Positions 9,275 through 20,118 are shown, numbered from the stretch's first letter. The stretch is DNA of 64,000 nucleotides from Candidatus Bathyarchaeota archaeon B26-2 (GCA_001593935.1 LUCE01000019.1:35491-99490), one strand, 5' to 3'. Translations and numbers: made by a program. The notes: generated by a model from the sequence alone, not told the origin.

Positions 9275-10954
9275 TTAAGAGGGTAGGGGCTCCGCTCCGT
9301 CTATGTGGATATCTATCACCGCCGGTTGGCCTTCCCTGTTGGCCTCAACCCCCTCCTTGAGCGCGGGTTTGATCTGGTTCGGCCTCTCAACCTCGATTCC
9401 CCTGCAGTTGAAGGCTTCGGCGACCTTGGCGAAGCTCGGGTTCTCAAGGTCTACAGAGACCAGCCTGCCACCGTACCGGCTGAGTTGGAGATGCTTTATC
9501 GTCCCTAAGGCTCCATCGTTAAATATGCACACGATGATGGGTGCACCCTCTTGAGTTGCAGTTGAGAGCTCGTGGAGACTCATGTAGAAGCCTCCGTCAC
9601 CGCATATGGCTACTACCTGCCTCCGGTTGTCCGCGAGCTTACATGAGATCGCGGCCGGCAGTGCATAGCCCATCGGGCCGAAGCATCCTGACTGAATCCA
9701 CGTCCGCGGCTCGTATACTTCTAAGAAGGTCGCAGCCCACATCTTGTTATTTCCAGCATCGAGGGTGAAGACGGTCTCACGGTTGAAGAACCTCCTAATC
9801 TCGTAGCATACTCTCTGAGGCTTTATGGGCTTCTCATCCGAGTAGACTCTCCTGTAGAGGCTCGTTCTCTTCCAAGACTCTTTAGCCTCCTCTAATAGCC
9901 CGAGCCACTCCCCCCTCTCCGCGGCTCTAGGCTTCCCGAGGCTCTTAACCTCCTCAAGAATCGCTTCTAGAACCGTTCCAGCGTCACCCACTATGCCGAC
10001 CCTAGTCGAGTAGTTTCTCCCGATCACGTTCGGGTCTATATCGATGTGGATCAAGGTTGACTCAGGGTTTATGTTACTCCATCTCCTCGTGCTCAGAGCC
10101 GCGAAGCGGCAGCCGACGGCCAAGATCAGATCGGCCTCGGATAGAAGCCTACTTGTGTACTCCGGAGAATATACACCCATCCTGCCCGCTGAGAGCGGGT
10201 GGTCCTCAGGGAATGAACCCCTCCCGTTGAATGTTGTAACGACGGGGACCTCCAAGTACTCGGCTAGGGATCGAAGTTGCGTCCACGCCCCCTCTCCCGA
10301 GTAGTGAACTCCTCCTCCAGCGATTATGAGGGGCCTCGACGCCTCTAGAAGTAGGAGCGCGGCATCCTTAACGGCTTCCGGATTACCCGACGGCTTTGGA
10401 CGAGGTGGCAAGAGGAAGCCTCTCTCCAGCCTCTCGAGTTCCCTTCGGCTGATGATCTGTGTCTGGACGTCGAGAGGGAGGTCCACGTGAACCGGGCTGG
10501 GTCTGCCCCAAGTCGCTGCTCTATAGGCCTCTAAAATCGTCTCGATGGTCTTGTCGGGTTTGAGGAGGCGTCTAGAGAACTTCGTCAAAGGGCTGAAGAT
10601 CGCCACGTGGTCGAGCTCTTGGAAAGCTCCCTTCCCGAGGTGTTCTAGGGGCTGCTGCCCTGTTAAGGCTAGCACGGGGACGCCGTCGGTCCAAGAGGTC
10701 GCTATGCCTGTCAGCAGGTTCGTGGCTCCAGGTCCACCCGTCCCGTCGCAGACCCCGAGTTTACCCGTGAACTTGGCGTAGGCGTCAGCCATGTAGGCTG
10801 CTGCCTGCTCGTGCCTGGTGAGGATGTGCCTAATCCCCGATGAGTAGAGGGCGTCGTAGAGAGGAGAAGTCTGGGAACCGGGTAAACCGAAGATGAATCT
10901 GACTCCCAACAGTTCTAAGACTTTTATGACTCCTTCAGCAACATTCAGAGCCAT
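9275..10954 (-). CDS. Thiamine-pyrophosphate enzyme, acetolactate synthase large-subunit-like
   Basis: N-terminal TPP pyrimidine-binding region (GGPGATNL) and C-terminal TPP motif GDGGF...NDGALG. 559 aa. Confidence 0.8.
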   Translation of the reverse strand: MALNVAEGVIKVLELLGVRFIFGLPGSQTSPLYDALYSSGIRHILTRHEQAAAYMADAYAKFTGKLGVCDGTGGPGATNLLTGIATSWTDGVPVLALTGQQPLEHLGKGAFQELDHVAIFSPLTKFSRRLLKPDKTIETILEAYRAATWGRPSPVHVDLPLDVQTQIISRRELERLERGFLLPPRPKPSGNPEAVKDAALLLLEASRPLIIAGGGVHYSGEGAWTQLRSLAEYLEVPVVTTFNGRGSFPEDHPLSAGRMGVYSPEYTSRLLSEADLILAVGCRFAALSTRRWSNINPESTLIHIDIDPNVIGRNYSTRVGIVGDAGTVLEAILEEVKSLGKPRAAERGEWLGLLEEAKESWKRTSLYRRVYSDEKPIKPQRVCYEIRRFFNRETVFTLDAGNNKMWAATFLEVYEPRTWIQSGCFGPMGYALPAAISCKLADNRRQVVAICGDGGFYMSLHELSTATQEGAPIIVCIFNDGALGTIKHLQLSRYGGRLVSVDLENPSFAKVAEAFNCRGIEVERPNQIKPALKEGVEANREGQPAVIDIHIDGAEPLPS

Positions 10955-11100
10955 AACGCCCCTTCTGCAAAGGCATGCTTACGAATAGTGACTCTGTCCT
11001 CCGGCTTTAAAATTATGTCGGGTGACTACCTTTGCCTTAGAGAGGCGTTAACTCTTTTTAATGTCTTTGCCATCCTACTGACCGTGAGGCTGTCCAGGCT

Positions 11101-12249
11101 GTGAACGCTAGGGAGAGGTTCCTAGAGGTCGCGTCCTTCGGAGCTCCGGATAAGGTTCCCCTCGCCGTCGGAGACGTGAGGCCGGCTACACGAAGAGCTT
11201 GGGTCAAGCAAGGTCTACCTCCAGACGCGAGCGTCCCAGAGTACTTGGGGATTAGAGAATGCAGCCTTAAGTCCGTGAACATAGTGTCCCTCCCCAGTGA
11301 GGGCTTCAAATGGGAACCTAACCCGTCGTCCTTCAACCTAGGCCCCATCCCTCCATTTGAGTACAAAGTGATACGCGAAGACGAGAGGTACAGGATATGG
11401 GTTGACAGTCTAGGCGTAACCCAGCTAGGCTTCCAAGATGACTGGAAGGAAGGGTGGAGCGGGTTCGCGACGAGGGTTTTCATAGACTTCCCAGTGAAGA
11501 ACCGTAAAGACTTCTTGGAGATAAAGAGACGCTACAACCCGAAGGACCCAAAAAGGTACCCGAAGAACTGGGAGAGGATGGTTAAAGAGTACAAGCAAAG
11601 GGACTACCCTCTCTGCGCGGTTCTCCACGGCCCCTTCTGGTGGACGAGAGACATGGTTGGGCTGAAGGGACTCGTCCTAGGTATCTACAGGAACCCGGAA
11701 CTCATAAGGGAGATCATGGATTTCTGCGCTGAGTTCCAACTCGAGGCTCTCCACAGAGCCCTAGATGACGTCGACCTAGACTACGTCATCTTGAACGAGG
11801 ATATGGCCTACAAGAAGGGTCCCATGATCGGGCCTGAGGCCGTGAGGAAGTTCATGGGGCCCGCCTACAAGGAGATCGTCGGGTTCCTCCGGGACCACGG
11901 CGTGAAGGCAATCTTCGTCGACAGCGACGGGAACGTTGAGCCCTTGATACCTGTCTGGCTTGATCTAGGTTTGGACGGGATAACCCCCTGCGAGGTCGCA
12001 GCCGGCATGGACGTCGTAAAGCTTGGAGAGAAGTATCCTAGACTTCTTATGATGGGTGGCATAGATAAGAGGGAGCTCTCGAAGAATAAGGAGGCGATCA
12101 GGAGGGAACTCATCTACAAAGTTCCACCCCTCGTCGAGAGGGGAGGATACTTCCCCGGCGTCGACCACGCCGTACCACCAGACATCTCGCTTGAGAACTT
12201 CAGGTATTTCGTATCTCTATTGAAGAAGATGTGCGGATGGGGGAGTTGA
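11101..12249 (+). CDS. URO-D-fold protein (paralogue 2)
   Basis: ILNEDMAYKKGPMIGP, FVDSDGNVEPLIPVWLDLGLDG and PGVDHAVPPD. GTG start. Confidence 0.65.
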   Translation: MNARERFLEVASFGAPDKVPLAVGDVRPATRRAWVKQGLPPDASVPEYLGIRECSLKSVNIVSLPSEGFKWEPNPSSFNLGPIPPFEYKVIREDERYRIWVDSLGVTQLGFQDDWKEGWSGFATRVFIDFPVKNRKDFLEIKRRYNPKDPKRYPKNWERMVKEYKQRDYPLCAVLHGPFWWTRDMVGLKGLVLGIYRNPELIREIMDFCAEFQLEALHRALDDVDLDYVILNEDMAYKKGPMIGPEAVRKFMGPAYKEIVGFLRDHGVKAIFVDSDGNVEPLIPVWLDLGLDGITPCEVAAGMDVVKLGEKYPRLLMMGGIDKRELSKNKEAIRRELIYKVPPLVERGGYFPGVDHAVPPDISLENFRYFVSLLKKMCGWGS

Positions 12250-12329
12250 CCTTGAGGACTCTCCAGCCACGCGTTCTCGTAGCCGGATAAGGGTTACGTA
12301 ACGTCTCCACGCTCTAGGGAGGCTTGAAG

Positions 12330-13487
12330 ATGACTGGATATAAGGTAGTGGTTGAGGAAGGCCGCAAGGTCTGCGCGGTGATCGGCGGCGAGGTAGTAGG
12401 CCGAGTAACCGTCTGCGATATCGAGTTTCAGTGGGCTAGAGACGTCTACGTCTGGATGGGTGGCATAGCAGGGGTGGGGACAGACCCTAAGTACAGGAGG
12501 ATGGGAATAGCCAAGGCATGCATGGACCGAGCTAATAAGCTCATACTTGAGAAAGGGTACAACTGCGGAGGCGTATCCACAGGCTCGAGGAATGTAGCAC
12601 GTAGGCTCTACATGCGCTCCGGATACGTCCACCTCTTCTACATAGACTCTTACTGGAAGAGTCCTAGGAGGCGGCCTGAGAGGCGGAGAATGGACGGCTT
12701 GGTAGTCCGGCCATACATGGATGGCGACGAGGCCGAGGCCGTAAGAATCTTTAGGGAGACGTACGGCGGATACTTCGGTCCTAAGAGGAAGAGGAGAGAG
12801 GAGTGGCTTGAATTGAGGGCTCCAACCCTGAAGTCCGACCCGGAGAGTATGCTCTTCGCAGAGTTCAATGGTAAACTGGTTGGGTATACCGGGTACTTCC
12901 TGAAGTGGAGCAACCTCATGGCGGGCGAACTCATCGTGGCACCCGGCAAGCTCAGAGTCGTGGCCGCCGAAGCCCTCCTCAGAAGCCTCGAGAACCACCT
13001 AGCCTCTAAAGGCCTCAAGAACGTCTCGATATGGGCTGCCTCGAGTGACCTCGAGATATCACGCCTCTTAGTCTGCAACGGCTACACAAAGAGCGAGAGC
13101 AGAGTCTTCATGCTCAACATTCTAAGGTTTCCAGCCTTACTGAAGGAATTGACTTCCCTCTTAGAGAGCAGAATTGAGGCCTCCAATCTCGAGTGGCAGG
13201 GGACGGTTACGTTGGAGTCTCCTTCTCAAGCCGCTACTCTGGTCATAGACGGAGGAGTCTCGGTATCTGAGGGCCAAGATGAAGGCTCGGTTCGAGGTTC
13301 CTCCATAAAGGTTGAGGCCTCGAGAGAAGCCTTAACCCGGATGGTCTCCGGGGTTCTTCCGGTGTGGGAGGCATACGTCCAAGGCATGCTCAACGTCAAG
13401 CCGCCGCTAGATAGAGAGAGCCTCGAGGTCTTGGAGACCCTCTTTCCCGCGACCCTTTACTTTCACCCTGTGGACGATTGGTGGTGA
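12330..13487 (+). CDS. GNAT N-acetyltransferase, Eis-like multi-domain
   Basis: Acetyl-CoA motif YRRMGIAKACM. ATG at 12330 lies 8 nt after TAGGGAGG. The C-terminal ~100 aa look SCP2-like. Confidence 0.65.
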   Translation: MTGYKVVVEEGRKVCAVIGGEVVGRVTVCDIEFQWARDVYVWMGGIAGVGTDPKYRRMGIAKACMDRANKLILEKGYNCGGVSTGSRNVARRLYMRSGYVHLFYIDSYWKSPRRRPERRRMDGLVVRPYMDGDEAEAVRIFRETYGGYFGPKRKRREEWLELRAPTLKSDPESMLFAEFNGKLVGYTGYFLKWSNLMAGELIVAPGKLRVVAAEALLRSLENHLASKGLKNVSIWAASSDLEISRLLVCNGYTKSESRVFMLNILRFPALLKELTSLLESRIEASNLEWQGTVTLESPSQAATLVIDGGVSVSEGQDEGSVRGSSIKVEASREALTRMVSGVLPVWEAYVQGMLNVKPPLDRESLEVLETLFPATLYFHPVDDWW

Positions 13488-13488
13488 C

Positions 13489-14289
13489 CTACTTCATATA
13501 CTTGGATAGAGCCGCCTTTGGTTCCAAACCTTCGTGGACGATGCCGCAGAGGACTCTAACCATCTTTGTCGGGTTCTCGTGTTGGAAGACGTTCCTCCCG
13601 GCAGCTACTCCCGCTCCTCCCGCTCTGATCGAGCTGTAGACCATATTGCAGAACTCTTCGTCCGTCTTGGTCTTGGGGCCGCCGGCCATGACGACTGGGA
13701 CGGGACACCCCTTCACAACCTCTCTGAAAGTCTCCTCGCTCCCGGTGTAGTTCGTCTTCACTATATCGGCTCCGAGCTCAGCTCCTATGCGGGCAGCGTG
13801 CCTAACGACCTCGACGTCGTACTCGTTCTTTATCTTCGCGCCCCTCGGATACATCATGGCTAGGAGAGGCATCCCCCACTCCTCGCATACCTTGGCCACT
13901 TGGCCTAGCTTCTCGAGTTGCTCGGGCTCGGTCTCGGAGCCGACGTTGATGTGGATCGAGACGGCGTCGGCCCCCATCTTTATGGCCTCTATTACGTCCG
14001 CCACGAGGACTTTGTTGTTCGGGTCTGGTCCGAGCACCGTGCTCCCGGAGAGGTGTAGTATGAGCCCTATGTCTCTGCCGTACCCCCTGTACCCAGCCCT
14101 TATGATGCCCTTATGCATCAGGACGGCGTTGGCGCCTCCCTCAGCAACCTTGTCGACGATCGACTTCATGTCGATCAGCCCCTTTATCGGACCTACAGTT
14201 ATACCGTGGTCCATGGGGATTATCACGGTCCTCCTAGTATTCCGGTTCATGATGCGGTCTATCCTTATTCTCTTTCCCACGTCGGTCAT
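13489..14289 (-). CDS. DhnA-type class I aldolase / 2-amino-3,7-dideoxy-D-threo-hept-6-ulosonate synthase family
   Basis: [20 protein letters not shown] and IVKTNYTG (Schiff-base Lys context), typical of archaeal class IA aldolases. Confidence 0.8.
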   Translation of the reverse strand: MTDVGKRIRIDRIMNRNTRRTVIIPMDHGITVGPIKGLIDMKSIVDKVAEGGANAVLMHKGIIRAGYRGYGRDIGLILHLSGSTVLGPDPNNKVLVADVIEAIKMGADAVSIHINVGSETEPEQLEKLGQVAKVCEEWGMPLLAMMYPRGAKIKNEYDVEVVRHAARIGAELGADIVKTNYTGSEETFREVVKGCPVPVVMAGGPKTKTDEEFCNMVYSSIRAGGAGVAAGRNVFQHENPTKMVRVLCGIVHEGLEPKAALSKYMK

Positions 14290-14572
14290 ACTCTCACACT
14301 CGAAGGCCCCTTTCCTCCGCACTAGACGATTAAGAAATACCTACAAACCAACTATATAATAAATGCGCCGAATCTCTTAGATCGATTACTTCAAGAGATC
14401 ACTTCTCGTCGAGCAGGGAACGGCCTCCACGACTACTTCTTGGAAACAGTTTGAATAAAGGCTACTTTTCAATCCGTTTTGTAGGATAAAACAACCTGAA
14501 AGGGTTTTAGATGGTTCCCAATCATCTATTGATATTAATAAAAAAAGGTGTGGGTGGCGGTTTATCCTCAGC

Positions 14573-15100
14573 CTACTCGTTTGAGGCTCTGATGTTGAAC
14601 GGCGTGACGGCGTATAACGTGTAGCCCTCTGAGATGTTCTCGATCTCGTATGCGACCAGCGTGACTATGCTTGTGCCGTTCCTGTTCGTCACGGTTCTCT
14701 GGAGAGCCTTCACTACTACCGAATCCTCAACTTGGAGGTAGCCCTCCTCGAAGAGTGTTGAAACGTTCACGACGTCGGAGCCGACCCTCCAGATGGGTAG
14801 TAGCACGATGTTTATGTTCTCGCCTTCTGAGTCTAGGACGAGTATGTTCTTGTAGTGGGCTGCCACGCTTCCCTCTATAGTCACCATGACCGCGCCTCTG
14901 AAGAACCTCCTCGCAGCCTGTGCTCTGGGGTTTACTCTATGCCTGTGGACGTGTACGACCACGACCCGCCTGTTCGGATGCTCCTCACCTTGCGTCGTTC
15001 CCTCGGTGGCTCCGGTGATGAGTGGCAGAACCGAGAGTGACGATAAGAAGACTATGACAAGAATGGCTGAGACCGCCAAGACCTTTGATACCGTCTTCAT
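14573..15100 (-). CDS. Membrane-anchored or secreted hypothetical protein
   Basis: N-terminal hydrophobic segment VLAVSAILVIVFLSSLSVLPLI followed by a beta-rich body. No recognisable family. Confidence 0.4.
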   Translation of the reverse strand: MKTVSKVLAVSAILVIVFLSSLSVLPLITGATEGTTQGEEHPNRRVVVVHVHRHRVNPRAQAARRFFRGAVMVTIEGSVAAHYKNILVLDSEGENINIVLLPIWRVGSDVVNVSTLFEEGYLQVEDSVVVKALQRTVTNRNGTSIVTLVAYEIENISEGYTLYAVTPFNIRASNE

Positions 15101-15336
15101 ATCCGTCGACCTCCACTTTTTCCTCACAAGACTGACTGTGGCTACAGCCTAAAAAGGGCTTCTCACGACTGATGTTCACGGATGATACATACCAAAAGTG
15201 AAACTCTAGTCATCCAGCAGAGATCGGTTCTTCTGAGTAGTTCAATCGTTAGGGTCGGCATCGATGGTGACGATCCATGTTATCCGCCGTGCCCAACCGT
15301 TAATGTGTCTTTACACAGTTAATCTTAAAACTAGGT

Positions 15337-15786
15337 TTGTCCCAAGATATTCTACCCGAGGTGGAGACGTTGGTTAAGGTGGACGACTACGAGGTTAGGG
15401 AAGGCCTCTACTACTCGAAGGAGTATATGTGGGTCAAGGTTGAGGACGGAAAGGTGCGCATAGGGATAACGGATTACGCCCAGAAACAGCTCCGAGAGGT
15501 TGTCTACGCGGAGTTACCGAGCGTCGGCGAAGAGATCGTTAAGGGAGAGTCGTTCGGGGTTGTAGAGTCTGTGAAGGCAGTATCAGACCTAGAAGCTCCA
15601 GTGAATGGAGAGGTCGAAAAGGTGAACGAGGAGGTCCAAGATAGACCCGAGATACTCAACGAGGACCCCTACGGCGAGGGCTGGCTGATAGTAGTATCTC
15701 CAACCAACCTAGAAGAAGACCTCAAGGACTTGATGGACTTCGAGAAGGCTGTTGAGTGGCATAAGAGCCTTCTAAAGGAAGGCTGA
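15337..15786 (+). CDS. gcvH: Glycine-cleavage H protein / lipoyl carrier
   Basis: Lipoyl-lysine motif VESVKAVSDLEAPVNGEV and GEGWL. TTG start; the true start may be slightly downstream. Confidence 0.85.
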   Translation: MSQDILPEVETLVKVDDYEVREGLYYSKEYMWVKVEDGKVRIGITDYAQKQLREVVYAELPSVGEEIVKGESFGVVESVKAVSDLEAPVNGEVEKVNEEVQDRPEILNEDPYGEGWLIVVSPTNLEEDLKDLMDFEKAVEWHKSLLKEG

Positions 15787-15788
15787 CA

Positions 15789-17129
15789 ATGTCAAGAAGG
15801 ATAGTGATTATAGGAGCGAACGCAGCTGGAACAGACGCTGCTTCGGCCGCGAGGAAGACCGATCGGAAAGCCGAGATCATTCTGTTGACAAAAGAGGACA
15901 AAGGCGCCTACTCAAGGTGCGGCTTACCCTTCGTCCTCGACGGACATATACCCAGCTTCGAGAACCTCATCGTCTACCCGTCGTCATTCTACAAGATGAT
16001 GAAGCTCGATTTGAGGCTGGAGACCGAGGCTAAGAGCATAGATACTGAAGCAAAGACCGTGGAGGTCGAGGACAAGAAGGGAAGGAGTGAAACGCTGGAG
16101 TACGACAGCCTAATCATAGCGACGGGCGCGAAGCCTTTCATACCTCCCATCGAGGGCATAGACAAGGAGGGGGTCTTCACCCTACACACCTACGACGACG
16201 GGGTTAGACTCGTTAAGGCCATGAAGAAAGCTAAGACAGCCGCGATAATCGGTTCGGGTCTCGTAGGCTTGGAGACAGCCGTAGCCTTCAACAGGATGAA
16301 CATAAAGACGACGGTGATTGAGATGCTGCCTTACATCCTCCCAAGAATGCTTGACAAGGATATGGCTGGGGAAGTTCAGAAGCGCCTAGAAGAGAAGGGC
16401 ATAAAGATCATGCTTGGGAAGCCGGCGGAGGCGATCATAGGTAAAGACCGGGCGGAGGCCGTGTCAGTCGGAGGCGAAGAGGTTCCGGCTGATATAGTTC
16501 TGAACTCTGCGGGAGTCAGACCTAACACTGAACTCGCGAAGGCTGCAGGCATATCAATAGGTGAGACGGGTGGGATCAAGACGAACATCAGGATGCAGAC
16601 GAGCGCGGAGGATGTCTACGCGGCTGGAGACTGCGCGGAGACGACTCATATAGTCACCGGTAGGCCGTGTCTACCGCTTTTAGGAGCAACGGCCGTTAGA
16701 GAAGGGAAAGTGGCTGGTATAAACGCTGCCGGCGGATACACCATCTTTCCGGGAGCCCTCTGCTCAGCCGTCTCGCAGCTACTGGACTTCGAGGTTGGCG
16801 CCACGGGCCTAACGGAGTTCTGGGCTTCTAGGTTCGGTGTGGAGGTCGCCGTCGGGAAGATAAGCGGCTTAACGAGAGCGATGTACTATCCGGGAGCCAA
16901 ACCGATAAAGGTTAAGCTGCTCATCGAGAGAGAGGAGAAGATAATCGTCGGAGGCCAGATAGTCGGAGGCGAAGAGGTGACCCAGCGGATAAATGCACTC
17001 TCTTTGGCGATACAGAAACGTATGACCGTTTACGAACTGATAAAGGCCGACACATGCTACGCACCGTCAGTCTGCGAGACTTGGGAACCCATGGTACTAG
17101 CCGCGGAGATGGCTTTAAGAAGACTCTGA
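15789..17129 (+). CDS. Pyridine nucleotide-disulfide oxidoreductase, CoA-disulfide reductase / NADH oxidase family
   Basis: FAD fold IVIIGANAAG, single redox Cys in YSRCGLPF, second Rossmann IIGSGLVGLE. Starts 2 nt after the gcvH stop. Confidence 0.8.
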   Translation: MSRRIVIIGANAAGTDAASAARKTDRKAEIILLTKEDKGAYSRCGLPFVLDGHIPSFENLIVYPSSFYKMMKLDLRLETEAKSIDTEAKTVEVEDKKGRSETLEYDSLIIATGAKPFIPPIEGIDKEGVFTLHTYDDGVRLVKAMKKAKTAAIIGSGLVGLETAVAFNRMNIKTTVIEMLPYILPRMLDKDMAGEVQKRLEEKGIKIMLGKPAEAIIGKDRAEAVSVGGEEVPADIVLNSAGVRPNTELAKAAGISIGETGGIKTNIRMQTSAEDVYAAGDCAETTHIVTGRPCLPLLGATAVREGKVAGINAAGGYTIFPGALCSAVSQLLDFEVGATGLTEFWASRFGVEVAVGKISGLTRAMYYPGAKPIKVKLLIEREEKIIVGGQIVGGEEVTQRINALSLAIQKRMTVYELIKADTCYAPSVCETWEPMVLAAEMALRRL

Positions 17130-17280
17130 GAAGGTAAGCCTCCAACCACCTCTTTTCACTTCCACAATTTGATTGTTCTTCACCCCATCATTTTTGAGAT
17201 CGACTTCAATGCCTCATAGGAGATCGTGTAGGCGAAAGCCTTTTTAGGAAAACACAAAATTACTAGGGTGAGGGATCAGT

Positions 17281-18318
17281 ATGGGACCGAAGGTTGCCAT
17301 AAACGGGTTTGGCAGAATTGGAAGACTTCTTTACCGAGCGGCTTTAGAGATTGGATCTGAGATAAACTTTGTGGCTGTGAACGACTTAACCGAGGCGAAG
17401 ACTTTAGCGCACCTCCTGAAGCGCGACACTGTCCATGGGCTTCTCCCCTTCGACGTAGAGGTGGAGGATAACAGCCTCGTCATAAAGAAGGATGGAGAAG
17501 TCAAGCAGAGGCTTACAGTGCTCTCGGAGCCCAACCCAGAGAAACTCCCGTGGGGAGAGATGGATGTCTTTCTCGTCGTGGAGTCGACTGGGAGGTTCAG
17601 GAGCAGGGAGGACGCTTCCAAACACTTGAAGGCAGGGGCTAAGAAGGTCTTAGTCTCAGCTCCGATGAGGCCGGCGAAGAGCGCCGACTTGACTGTGGTC
17701 TACGGCGTGAACGACAACCTATACGACCCGGAGAAGCATAACATAGTCTCGTTGGCTTCGTGTACAACCAACTGTGTAGCCCCCGTCGCCAAGGTTCTGA
17801 ACGAAAAGTTCGGGATAGAGAAGGCTCTAATGAACACGGTTCACGCGGTGACGAACGACCAGAGGCTCCTCGACATGCAGCACAGAGACTTGAGGAGAGC
17901 TAGGTCCGCGGCATTCAACATCGTCGTGACGACTACCGGTGCGGCCGTAGCCGCAACCTTAGCCCTACCTGAGCTCGAGGGTAGGATGCATGGACTCGCC
18001 TTGAGGGTTCCAGTTCCAGACGTATCGATAGTAGACTTCACGGCGGTCCTCAAGAGGGACGTAACTGTGGAGGAGGTGAACAACGCCTTCAAGGAGGCGG
18101 CTGAAGGAGAACTGAAGGGAATCCTAGCCTATACCGAGGAACCGTTAGTCTCCTCAGACTTCATACACAACCCGCACTCAGCTATAGTCGACGGCCTCTC
18201 AACGATGGTCATGGGAGGGAACCTCGTCAAGGTTCTAGCGTGGTACGACAACGAGTGGGGCTACTCGGTCAAGATGGTCCGCATGATCGAGAAGATTTGC
18301 AGTATGGCCTCCTCTTAG
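17281..18318 (+). CDS. gap: Glyceraldehyde-3-phosphate dehydrogenase, type I (bacterial/eukaryal type)
   Basis: INGFGRIGR, active site ASCTTNCVAP, WYDNEWGYS. Confidence 0.9.
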   Translation: MGPKVAINGFGRIGRLLYRAALEIGSEINFVAVNDLTEAKTLAHLLKRDTVHGLLPFDVEVEDNSLVIKKDGEVKQRLTVLSEPNPEKLPWGEMDVFLVVESTGRFRSREDASKHLKAGAKKVLVSAPMRPAKSADLTVVYGVNDNLYDPEKHNIVSLASCTTNCVAPVAKVLNEKFGIEKALMNTVHAVTNDQRLLDMQHRDLRRARSAAFNIVVTTTGAAVAATLALPELEGRMHGLALRVPVPDVSIVDFTAVLKRDVTVEEVNNAFKEAAEGELKGILAYTEEPLVSSDFIHNPHSAIVDGLSTMVMGGNLVKVLAWYDNEWGYSVKMVRMIEKICSMASS

Positions 18319-18370
18319 AAGGGAAGGAGGCCGATACCCTCCTATTTTAAAGAGATGAGCTGGTGAGGAG

Positions 18371-19588
18371 ATGCCTAAGTTCCTCACCTTGGACGACCTC
18401 GAACTCGAGAGTAAGGTTGTACTCGTTAGAGTCGACTTCAACTCTCCAGTCGACCCCGAGACCAAGAAGATACTAGATGAGACTAGGATAAGGGCTCACG
18501 GCGAGTCTACGATAAAGGAGCTCTCCGAGAAGGGAGCCAGAGTAGTCGTCCTAGCCCACCAGGGACGCCCCGGAGAGCCGGACTTCATACCGCTGAAACA
18601 GCACGCCGAGGCCCTAGAACGGATACTTGGAAAACCCGTGAAGTACGTCGACGACCTCTACGGAGAGAAGGCTCGGAACGCCATCAAGGCCCTCAAGAAC
18701 GGAGAGATACTGGTCCTAGAGAACACGCGGACTTACCCGGAGGAGAGGAAGAAGAAGAGCAAGTCTGAGTTCGTTAGAAGCCTAGCCGAGCTGGCCGACA
18801 TCTTCGTGAACGACGCCTTCGCAGCCGCTCACAGAAGCCACGCATCGATAGTGGGCTTCACCGCGCTCCTACCCAGCGCCGCGGGCCGAATCATGGAGAG
18901 GGAGCTCAAGGCTCTAAGTCGCGTCCTCGAGTCTCCCGAGAAGCCGTGCGTCTTCATCCTAGGAGGAGCGAAGGCCGACGACTCCCTGAAAATCTCGAAG
19001 TACGTCCTCGAGAACGGGATAGCCGACACAGTCTTGACAGGAGGCTTAACCGGTCACCTCTTCCTCGTCGCCACCGGAGTCGACCTAGGCAAGCCGAATA
19101 TGGAGCTCCTAGAGAAGCAGGACGTCCTTAAGTTAACCGGGGGCATAAAGGAGCTGATGGACTCCTATCCGGGCAGGGTCAAGGTTCCCAAGGACGTGGC
19201 CGTCGAGGCGGATGGGAAGCGGCGGGAACTCTCCGTAGGCGAACTGCCGACGGAGTATCCGATCTACGATATAGGAACCGAGACGATAGAGGAGTACAGT
19301 CGCCTCATAGAAGAGGCTAAGTCCATCGTGATAAGCGGTCCACCGGGAGTCTACGAGAAGCCTGAGTTCATGAAGGGAACCAAGATGCTCCTCGAGGCCG
19401 TAGCATCCTCGGAGGCCTTCTCTCTCGCCGGGGGCGGACACACAGTAGCAGCCATAGAGAAGCTCGGTCTCTCGGAGAGAATCTCATACATAAGCACCGC
19501 TGGAGGAGCGCTCATAGAGTTCCTAATGGGCGAGAGACTGCCAGGAGTCGCAGCGCTCGAGGCTGCGGCCTCAAGAAAACAGGCCTAG
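18371..19588 (+). CDS. pgk: Phosphoglycerate kinase
   Basis: RVDFNSP, HQGRPG and GGGHT motifs. 405 aa. Confidence 0.9.
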   Translation: MPKFLTLDDLELESKVVLVRVDFNSPVDPETKKILDETRIRAHGESTIKELSEKGARVVVLAHQGRPGEPDFIPLKQHAEALERILGKPVKYVDDLYGEKARNAIKALKNGEILVLENTRTYPEERKKKSKSEFVRSLAELADIFVNDAFAAAHRSHASIVGFTALLPSAAGRIMERELKALSRVLESPEKPCVFILGGAKADDSLKISKYVLENGIADTVLTGGLTGHLFLVATGVDLGKPNMELLEKQDVLKLTGGIKELMDSYPGRVKVPKDVAVEADGKRRELSVGELPTEYPIYDIGTETIEEYSRLIEEAKSIVISGPPGVYEKPEFMKGTKMLLEAVASSEAFSLAGGGHTVAAIEKLGLSERISYISTAGGALIEFLMGERLPGVAALEAAASRKQA

Positions 19589-19861
19589 ACGTAAACCTCA
19601 ACCTCCACACTTTTAGAAGACACACGATCTTCCTTCAACCTTTTTGAGGTACATTACGTCTTCCCGATGAGAAGCCGAGTTCATGTTGGGTTTCTGGTGT
19701 CTTCTGTTCAGCGTCTTAGACAGATGTGTCCATTCTAGGAGCCTTTTTTATCGTTTTTGAACAGTTCGGACCAGCACAATTACCCATACATAGGACCGTG
19801 TTGAAGTCTATGGTGAAGCGACGTGAGATGAACTTCATAGATGCGAAGGAGGTGGTGTGGA

Positions 19862-20029
19862 ATGGACCCGAAAACGAGCGTGTGTTTCGTCGTGTTGGCA
19901 TCTTCCGAGGCCTCTGAAAGGTCGAGGGAAGAGCTCAAAGAGGCCATAGCCTTATTGGGGAAGCTATCCTGCTGGAAGATCGAGAAGGTGACGCTCTTCG
20001 AAGACCAGAGAATGAGCGAGCTAAAGTGA
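19862..20029 (+). CDS. Possible small protein (55 aa) in the leader of the MoxR module
   Basis: ATG at 19862 lies 8 nt after GGAGGTG. The translation MDPKTSVCFVVLASSEASERSREELKEAIALLGKL... looks like a small alpha/beta unit. No family recognised. Confidence 0.25.
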   Translation: MDPKTSVCFVVLASSEASERSREELKEAIALLGKLSCWKIEKVTLFEDQRMSELK

Positions 20030-20118
20030 GCGAGAGCCACCAGAACAGTTTTTGAGCACCCTTCACTACCTTTAATCTCCTTTATCGGCTTTAGAAGACC
20101 TCGTAAGACTTAGAACAG

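Noticed and set aside
12294-12998. 234-aa ORF antisense to the GNAT gene
   Set aside because: It is a shadow ORF in GC-rich DNA. The composition is skewed toward Pro/His/Leu with no motif, and it is fully covered by a well-supported gene on the other strand.
13787-14359. 190-aa ORF antisense to the aldolase gene
   Set aside because: It is Ser/Pro/Met-rich and low-complexity, and it overlaps a confidently identified gene completely.
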